Part shown: piece after piece, positions 20,868 through 26,530 of the stretch
Numbering within the stretch: the first letter of the stretch is position 1
How the letters are laid out: every line of letters starts with the position of its first letter
Virus record (IMG/VR): IMGVR_UViG_3300042923_000281
Location: 186,001 to 250,000 of that record
Reading direction: 5' to 3' (one strand)
DNA length: 64,000 bases
Notes under the pieces: generated by a model
Seen by the model: only the letters and a program-made list of their open reading frames with translations
What the model was told of the DNA's origin: nothing
Databases searched by the model: none
Translations under genes and position numbers: made by a program

Positions 20868-21104
20868 GTAGCGCTCCTAGTGTGTGCTGCTTCCCCAAGC
20901 AACGTGGTGCGGCATAACTGCCCGCCTGCCTTGAAAGACAAACGGGCAGCTAGAGGCTTTGTCGGTCACTGTTCGACCGAGTCACATGTCGCGGCTGGCA
21001 TGAGCCAGATCGTACAACAGTCCATCCGGGTAACACTCAGGCATCTACTCAGACGGACCTCGAGTAGAGACTGCTCACTGGGTGTGCACCCCCATGAGAT
21101 GTGT

Positions 21105-21350
21105 TCAGTTGCAGTTCATCGGAATGGGCGGGTTGAACACTTCAGTGGCCACGTATCGGCTACTGACGTTACCCAGTCCATCTTCCCGAAGAACTACGAT
21201 ACCTTTGGAGCGGAGCAAATACGGCAGCGGTCCCATGTACAAATCCTCCAGTGGAGGACAGTACCCTTCCATCTCACCGTGAAACTCCATGAGAGGAGGG
21301 GGTGGGCCTGCTTCTAAGCGCCGTCTACGGGCGCCTTTTCGATTGCACAT
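21105..21350 (-). CDS. Small hypothetical protein at the 3' end of the tRNA/ncRNA array
   Basis: SD AGGAG 7 nt before the ATG at 21350. Confidence 0.45.
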   Translation of the reverse strand: MCNRKGARRRRLEAGPPPPLMEFHGEMEGYCPPLEDLYMGPLPYLLRSKGIVVLREDGLGNVSSRYVATEVFNPPIPMNCN

Positions 21351-21372
21351 GCTCAAACTCCTGTATAAAAGA

Positions 21373-21486
21373 CAGTGAAGCCGTTCTCCTCTCGTGTCCG
21401 GGACTTTTCCCTCATCCTGAGGACTATGCTCCCTGTTCGCCTTACGAGGGTTACTTAGAGCTCGGCTAACGAGTACAGCTTCACTG
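21373..21486 (-). ncRNA. Putative structured ncRNA
   Basis: 12-bp closing stem CAGTGAAGCTGT/ACGGCTTCACTG with internal hairpins; non-coding. Confidence 0.5.
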
Positions 21487-21562
21487 GCGCGCTTTGAATC
21501 AACCAGCGGGACGGCGTCCGCCTACACCCTACGCGCCGCGCAGGAATGCCACTGATTGAAAA

Positions 21563-21677
21563 GGGTCGTCCTGGGGAGACTCAAACTCCCGACCGCTGCC
21601 ACGTTGTTAGGCCCAAGTCCCTCGGAAGGGAGTATGGGCCTGAAAAGGCAGTGCTCTATCAACTGAGCTACAGGACC
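21563..21677 (-). ncRNA. tRNA-like RNA with a 39-nt hairpin insertion in the anticodon loop (pseudo/intron-containing tRNA, Glu-UUC if spliced)
   Basis: GGTCCTG acceptor, GCTC/GAGC D arm, CTGCC/GGCAG anticodon stem around a 46-nt loop, GGGAG-TTTGAGT-CTCCC T arm; G1:G72 mismatch; ends ACCC. Confidence 0.75.
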
Positions 21678-21681
21678 GAAA

Positions 21682-21757
21682 TGGCTCCACGACCTGGACT
21701 CGAACCAGGGACACTACGGTTAACAGCCGTATGCTCTACCAACTGAGCTATCGCGGA
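21682..21757 (-). tRNA. tRNA-Asn(GTT)
   Basis: Full cloverleaf, anticodon loop CTGTTAA, encoded CCA. Confidence 0.95.
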
Positions 21758-21761
21758 ATGT

Positions 21762-21858
21762 GCTCACTGCTGGGCTATACCCAGATCCCCTGCGCTGCCA
21801 ATCCCATTCGCTTCGCCTTGAAGGGGCTTGCGGGATCGGCTGCCAATGGGCAGTGAGC
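21762..21858 (-). ncRNA. Putative structured ncRNA with acceptor/T-arm-like 8+5 stack
   Basis: GCTCACTG/CAGTGAGC stem next to CTGGG-TATAG-CCCAG; internal GCCGATCCC/GGGATTGGC stem. Confidence 0.5.
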
Positions 21859-21863
21859 GGTTT

Positions 21864-21986
21864 ATCAACATCTTCAAGTAGATTTCACCGTACCGTCGGC
21901 TGTGATGTTACTTTCTACTTGCCTACCTTTCGGCTGATTCCCTGCATCCAGGCTCACGCTTTAACTGGATACTTGAAGATGTCGAC
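21864..21986 (-). ncRNA. Putative structured multibranch ncRNA
   Basis: 17-bp closing stem GTCGACATCTTCAAGTA/TACTTGAAGATGTTGAT; internal TCCAG/CTGGA and GCC-GAAA-GGT hairpins. Confidence 0.55.
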
Positions 21987-21989
21987 AAC

Positions 21990-22068
21990 TGGAAGGGGCA
22001 TCTGGATTCGAACCAGAGAATGACAGGATCAAAACCTGTTGCCTTAGGCCAGACTTGGCTACACCCCT
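21990..22068 (-). tRNA. tRNA-Gln(TTG)
   Basis: Cloverleaf, anticodon loop TTTTGAT, TTCGAAT T loop, encoded CCA; A1-U72 and U73. Confidence 0.9.
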
Positions 22069-22108
22069 AAATGCTTGGGACGTCACTCCCGTGTTGCAAT
22101 GTAGCGTT

Positions 22109-22297
22109 GAACGCTTCCCCTTATGTTCCGTTCTCTCTGAGGCGGGACTCGAACCCGCAACGGACATGAGCTCTGATGCCCTAGGGCCGCACTCATTCCA
22201 CACCAACGGACAGGCAGCCACAATGGACTTAGGGTTGTTGGACCGAAGCCCTCACCCTCGGGTATACCAATTCCCCCACTCGTGAGAGGAAGCGTTC
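22109..22297 (-). ncRNA. Large tRNA-like RNA: Leu-type D arm and perfect T arm flanking about 95 nt of extra hairpins, no anticodon loop
   Basis: TG-GGG-GAATTGGTATA-CCC D arm, GCGGG-TTCGAGT-CCCGC T arm, CTCTC..GAG/CTC..GAGAG acceptor, outer GAACGCTTCC/GGAAGCGTTC stem. Confidence 0.7.
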
Positions 22298-22302
22298 GAA
22301 CA

Positions 22303-22379
22303 TGGCGGCTCCAAGGGGACTTGAACCCCTGACCCCCGGCGTGACAGGCCGGTGCTCTAACCAGCTGAGCTATGGAACC
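22303..22379 (-). tRNA. tRNA-Asp(GTC)
   Basis: Full cloverleaf, anticodon loop CTGTCAC, G73 followed by CCA. Confidence 0.95.
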
Positions 22380-22386
22380 TAGAAGA

Positions 22387-22474
22387 TGGTGGAGAGAGAA
22401 GGATTCGAACCTTCGAAGTGCGGTCGCACGTCAGATTTACAGTCTGATCCCTTTGACCACTCGGGAACCTCTCC
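22387..22474 (-). tRNA. tRNA-Tyr(GTA)
   Basis: Full cloverleaf with long variable arm, anticodon loop CTGTAAA, ACCA end. Confidence 0.95.
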
Positions 22475-22482
22475 TAATAGGG

Positions 22483-22581
22483 TGGAAAGGCCGTCGCCAT
22501 TAGCCGCGATGGCGATAACGCCGATCCGTTCGCTGCTCAAAGGCTGCATGGATCACGGCGGCGGAGGCGACGGCCTTTCCA
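22483..22581 (-). ncRNA. Putative structured ncRNA
   Basis: Perfect 16-bp closing stem TGGAAAGGCCGTCGCC/GGCGACGGCCTTTCCA with internal stems; first element after the promoter. Confidence 0.55.
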
Positions 22582-22647
22582 AACGCTCGAAGCCTAGGAC
22601 GTTTTTCGCCTACAACCGTTTAAGGGGTAAGGGACAAAGGCTCTTCA

Positions 22648-22678
22648 CATAGACTACGTCCCTCGTGTAATTTTTTAC
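22648..22678 (-). promoter_or_regulatory. Putative phage promoter for the tRNA/ncRNA array (GTAAAAAA-N13-GTAGTCTATG)
   Basis: Same architecture repeated at 23736..23766; TATG resembles the phiKZ nvRNAP start motif. Confidence 0.55.
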
Positions 22679-22749
22679 ACGATTACAAGGACTTACTTGG
22701 AAAGCAGGCATAAACGCCGTGCATCACACACGGCGCTATGCGGGGAACG

Positions 22750-23592
22750 TTACACGAGACGACGGTTGCCGTCAGCCAGGTGCACTTCGATTTCGATCTG
22801 GAAGTCTTCGCTGAACGAGGAGGTCACGTGAGTGATACCACGCTGTGCATCGAGGCCGATGTCGAACAACAGCTCATCACCGATGTCGCCCGAGATGCCG
22901 AAGCCACGAACCATCTTCTCAACACGCACGGTAGCGTCGTCGATTGGATCGCCGTTCTGATTGAACACGCTGATCGCGCCGACCGGGATGTTGTAGATGG
23001 TGCCGGTGTAGCAGCAGGCGTCGATCTGACCTTCCAGCGCCTTGAAGATGCGCGGCATGATGTCGAAGCGAGTGCCGTTGGCTACCGAGAAACGGATCTT
23101 GGCTTTGTGTTCCACGCGAGCTTCTGGCAGCAGCAGTTCCAGACGCTGAGTCAGGACGGTGTCCAGCTCGTGCATCAGTTGCAGTTGCTTTTGTTGTAGG
23201 GCCAACTGGTGAATGTCCAGCGTTGGGAACTTGTCCAGGAACGCTTGACGCTCGGGAGCACGGTCGTCAACTTCAGCCGCCTTCTCGTCCTGGATGTCCA
23301 GGAAGGTACGCAGCTTGTTGACGCGGTCGTAGTTCTCAGCACGCTCGCCCTTGAGGCGCTGAATGAATGGGGGCAGATCAGAAGCATCACCGATAGCGAT
23401 GTACGCTTTCTCGAACGTTTCCACTGGCGAGAGGCTTACGTAGCCGTCTTCGTATTCGACGACGTAGACTTCCTCTTCCATGTTGGGATGGTTGCCGCCG
23501 ACTGCACGGGTTTCAGCAGCGAGGCTGCGGGTCATCTTGGCAGCGCGAACGATCTTGGTGCCAGTGTAGTGTTGGTAGGTTGGAAGCGACAT
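22750..23592 (-). CDS. Multidomain protein, candidate immune-signal sponge fusion
   Basis: N-terminal YTGTK..YEDGYVSLSP..FEKAY domain, then a crAss001_48-like helical domain (QRLKGE..KLRTFL..QLQLM..VLTQRL), then an extra C-terminal domain. Confidence 0.55.
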   Translation of the reverse strand: MSLPTYQHYTGTKIVRAAKMTRSLAAETRAVGGNHPNMEEEVYVVEYEDGYVSLSPVETFEKAYIAIGDASDLPPFIQRLKGERAENYDRVNKLRTFLDIQDEKAAEVDDRAPERQAFLDKFPTLDIHQLALQQKQLQLMHELDTVLTQRLELLLPEARVEHKAKIRFSVANGTRFDIMPRIFKALEGQIDACCYTGTIYNIPVGAISVFNQNGDPIDDATVRVEKMVRGFGISGDIGDELLFDIGLDAQRGITHVTSSFSEDFQIEIEVHLADGNRRLV

Positions 23593-23624
23593 CGGTATAT
23601 CCTTACCGGTTGTTGGAAATAGGC

Positions 23625-23702
23625 GGGGGCTTGTAGCCGTTCCATGTTGCGGACGGGTGCGCTAGGTTCGAAACGAGGTAGATGGCCTCTCTACAAACCC
23701 CC
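23625..23702 (-). ncRNA. Putative structured RNA or leader
   Basis: 12-bp closing stem GGGGGTTTGTAG/CTACAAGCCCCC with two internal hairpins. Confidence 0.45.
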
Positions 23703-23735
23703 TAAAGCAACCAGCGTGATGGCACACTGGTCTTT

Positions 23736-23766
23736 CATAGACTACTTCCTAACCGGACTTTTTTAC
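23736..23766 (-). promoter_or_regulatory. Putative phage promoter (GTAAAAAA-N13-GTAGTCTATG)
   Basis: Second exact-architecture copy of the 22648 motif. Confidence 0.55.
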
Positions 23767-24191
23767 TCGTCGCGAAGACGCTTGTCCAACTCATCGCCCA
23801 GGATGTTGTACGTGTAACGGTCGAGGGTGCCGGACTTGATGCAGCTGTTCGCATGGTCGTGCTCGAAGCCTTCCAGCTGCGCGAGGGTGGCGCAGATCGT
23901 GTACGAGCGAATACGGCCTTCACCGCACTGCACGTAGATCACTTCAGCACCGGCATCGCGTTGTTCTTCAGCGAACTTGAAGATCTCCGCTGCACGCTCT
24001 GGAGTCATGCAGCCTTCCGGGTCGAGTTCCGGGGCATGGTCACGAGGGAAGAACATCACCTGCAAGAGCGGACGTTGGTCTTTGCCGGGGATGGCTACGC
24101 CGTTGCTGTAACGGTCGGTGATCGAGATCACAGGGGCTTTGGGATCGACTTGTTGCAAACGGCCCTTGCTGATATTCACGAGACGGGTCAT
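23763..24191 (-). CDS. CX5R (PTP/dual-specificity-like) phosphatase
   Basis: VISITD N-terminal motif and VQCGEGRIRS P-loop. Confidence 0.75.
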   Translation of the reverse strand: MTRLVNISKGRLQQVDPKAPVISITDRYSNGVAIPGKDQRPLLQVMFFPRDHAPELDPEGCMTPERAAEIFKFAEEQRDAGAEVIYVQCGEGRIRSYTICATLAQLEGFEHDHANSCIKSGTLDRYTYNILGDELDKRLRDE

Positions 24192-24205
24192 GCGATGCTC
24201 CTAGG

Positions 24206-25090
24206 TTACTTCAGTTGGTAGTCTTTGACGATCTTACCGCCGACACCGGCGTTAACGACCATGGGGTTGATCCAGATGGTTTTACCGGATCGTTTATAAG
24301 TACGGTCATGGCCCCGGCGATCATGCTCGCGGCTCTGACGACGTTCACCACACGGACCAGTCTCAGTCCGGCCAGCGCTGACGATGCGTTCTGACTTGTT
24401 GACTACCAACACACGGTAGCTGTCATACGGCAAGGCTTTCTTGCGCTGTTCGGTGAAGGTCAACTTCTTGGCAGGAATCTCCTGCTCAGAGATGTTGCTG
24501 AAAGCAAAGGCTTCGCACAGCTCACACAGGGCCTTGATTGGACCTCGCATGGTTGCACCCGCCAGCTTCTCAAACCACTCCTTGCTCAGGCCAACGTCGT
24601 TGGTCAGGGTGCAAGGCAGTATGCCGCTTTCAAGCGCCTCGAACATCGGGCCCTTCTCTGCGGGCATCTTGCAGATGAACGGGGCACTGATCCATGAGCT
24701 TTGATCGGGTACGTGACTGACCACCGTGATCTCAATCGGACCCGAGCCTTCCTGAGTGGCGATCACAATGACCTTGTCCCGGTAACAGTGACCTGAGGTC
24801 ATTAGCTTCAGCACAGGGTCGTCGATGTGGTGCAAGGCGGCTTCAGCAGCCATGTCGGCCAGATAGTCTTCCTTGTGAAAATACTCAATCACCACACACG
24901 GGTAAGGCAACCGGATCTTCTCCGGCAAGCAACGCAGGTTGTTGTCCAGTACGCGTCCACCTTCCGGCAGGGCGAACTTGGGGGCTTTCATAGCGGCTTG
25001 AAGTGTCACCGCCAACTCTTTGTTTCCGGCAATCCGCTTCGAGCGTTTGAAGAACTCCATCGCTGTACGGAAATAGTTAGGACCTTCCAT
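24206..25090 (-). CDS. Hypothetical protein with C-terminal H-x-RRGH-x-R motif
   Basis: 294 aa; REHDRRGHDRTYKRSGKTIW resembles a motif common in uncharacterised phage proteins. Confidence 0.6.
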   Translation of the reverse strand: MEGPNYFRTAMEFFKRSKRIAGNKELAVTLQAAMKAPKFALPEGGRVLDNNLRCLPEKIRLPYPCVVIEYFHKEDYLADMAAEAALHHIDDPVLKLMTSGHCYRDKVIVIATQEGSGPIEITVVSHVPDQSSWISAPFICKMPAEKGPMFEALESGILPCTLTNDVGLSKEWFEKLAGATMRGPIKALCELCEAFAFSNISEQEIPAKKLTFTEQRKKALPYDSYRVLVVNKSERIVSAGRTETGPCGERRQSREHDRRGHDRTYKRSGKTIWINPMVVNAGVGGKIVKDYQLK

Positions 25091-25538
25091 TCTTTCTCCT
25101 GCTGTCGCCTAAGGCAACTGTGATGTCTGCCTCGATGAACGGATAGATGGCGCGGTAGACGTACTGAATGTCTTCCTCCCAATCCAATCCGCCGTGGCCA
25201 CAACCCATGGGTGGTAAGACGATGCGTCCAAGTCTGTGCCGGCTGGCCAAGACTGCTATCTTGTTGATGTGATGAACGACCAAGCTACGCGGAGAGGCAT
25301 CTCGCCAGTCCAGTTTGGTCGGCACCAACAGGTAACGCATGTCTTCGTGTTTATACGAGATGATGTTGCCCGGTTCGATGGTTGGATACATCTTGCGGTA
25401 GTGCTTGTGAAGCCCTGGGACCGTGTTACGGGCGGTTCGAGCCACACCGGCTCCCATTGCCCCGACCAGATTGATCGTGATCACACGTGTATCAGCAGGG
25501 ACGTCAAATAGATCCTGCTCCACGATCTTTAATGACAT
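25077..25538 (-). CDS. Macrodomain (ADP-ribose processing, DarG/TARG1-like)
   Basis: INLVGAMGAGVA, PTK..W and LPPMGCGHGGLDW motifs. Confidence 0.8.
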   Translation of the reverse strand: MSLKIVEQDLFDVPADTRVITINLVGAMGAGVARTARNTVPGLHKHYRKMYPTIEPGNIISYKHEDMRYLLVPTKLDWRDASPRSLVVHHINKIAVLASRHRLGRIVLPPMGCGHGGLDWEEDIQYVYRAIYPFIEADITVALGDSRRKNGRS

Positions 25539-25998
25539 GTTCAACCGCCTCGGTAAAGCAGCTTGCTAAGAAGGCTGCGGTGATGGGGGTATGAGACGGG
25601 ACAGTGATGGTCCAGACATGGCCCACGTGCTGGAACTCCCGTGCTACCAATCGTAGCCGATGTTTAAGGTGGATCTGACTGACCAATGAATCGATGTGAG
25701 GGTTACCGGACACGAATCCAGTGAACGTCATCACGAGATCCGCTAAGAAGTCTAACCCCTCCTCAGTCACGAAGAATGCACAGTAGAACTGCTTCTTCGT
25801 TTTGCCTTCCTCATGATGCGACGCACAGCAGTCTGTGGTCATCACACCGGGTTGTTCGTTCAGCAATGCCACTGCCTGTTTCAGTTCAGGGTCAACGAGG
25901 CTGTAGGGTGCCGAAGGATCGTTGAGGAGCTGTACCTTACGGTAATCATCCAATGCTTCTTGAACATTGGTGAGCTTGCCAGCAGCAGATAATTTCAT
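25504..25998 (-). CDS. Hypothetical protein with TYW3-like motif
   Basis: VDPELKQAVALLN..GVMTTDCCASH resembles the D..LN....TTSSC.G motif of the TYW3 fold; early promoter upstream. Confidence 0.45.
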   Translation of the reverse strand: MKLSAAGKLTNVQEALDDYRKVQLLNDPSAPYSLVDPELKQAVALLNEQPGVMTTDCCASHHEEGKTKKQFYCAFFVTEEGLDFLADLVMTFTGFVSGNPHIDSLVSQIHLKHRLRLVAREFQHVGHVWTITVPSHTPITAAFLASCFTEAVEHVIKDRGAGSI

Positions 25999-26025
25999 GA
26001 GTTAGTTCCTAAGAATATACATGCT

Positions 26026-26035
26026 GATAATGTAT
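26026..26035 (-). promoter_or_regulatory. Putative early promoter ATACATTATC
   Basis: Recurrent intergenic motif, also upstream of chimallin and nvRNAP genes. Confidence 0.6.
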
Positions 26036-26056
26036 TGTCTCGGCGAGATGGAATAG

Positions 26057-26077
26057 AGGGAGGGCCGAAGCCCTCCC
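26057..26077 (-). terminator. cUUCGg hairpin terminator (near-identical copies at about 18092, 20465, 34798, 36732, 37840, 53410)
   Basis: GGGAGGG-CTTCGG-CCCTCCC immediately after a stop codon. Confidence 0.75.
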
Positions 26078-26078
26078 C

Positions 26079-26489
26079 TTACTTTTTCTTTCCGTTGCCT
26101 TGACCCGCGACACCACCCATCAACTTGTTGACCTCGGTATCCTCTTTCGTGGAGACCGTGTCACAACGCTTGAGAACTGCTTCTGCACGATCGCGAGGCA
26201 TCTTCATAAACGTGTCAAGTGACATGCCGGTGTATTTGAGTACGTTGGCAACCAAGTATCGCTCAAGGTACACATCGAACGGATCAACCAATGCCAGATC
26301 TTCGGATTCGTGCATCGCAATCGAAGCGTAAGGACTCATGCCCTGTGAGCTTTGATCGTGAACACCGAAGTAATCGTCGTAACACTCCGTGATGATGATC
26401 TGAGCTGGAATGCTGTCAAGAGTCCCTTCGAACTTTGACAGCACTTCATCAAGAGCAGTGATGCTCTCTTTGTCTTCCAGCTTATCCAT
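26079..26489 (-). CDS. Tail-assembly-chaperone 'T'-like ORF, probably expressed by -1 frameshift from the upstream gene
   Basis: No clear SD; frame stays open upstream through the T_TTT_TTC site; TGMSLDTFMKMPRDR resembles chaperone T-domain motifs. Confidence 0.55.
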   Translation of the reverse strand: MDKLEDKESITALDEVLSKFEGTLDSIPAQIIITECYDDYFGVHDQSSQGMSPYASIAMHESEDLALVDPFDVYLERYLVANVLKYTGMSLDTFMKMPRDRAEAVLKRCDTVSTKEDTEVNKLMGGVAGQGNGKKK

Positions 26490-26530
26490 CCCGAACCGAC
26501 GATCACCAGCATGGTAGCCTAACGGAAGGG

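Noticed and set aside
22109-22297. tmRNA or Y RNA (YrlA) identity
   Set aside because: Too short, with no G3:U70/CCA alanine end or tag ORF; the arm order is not permuted as in YrlA.
21360-22680. Short ORFs called across the tRNA cluster
   Set aside because: They overlap tRNAs and structured RNAs and have no initiation signals.
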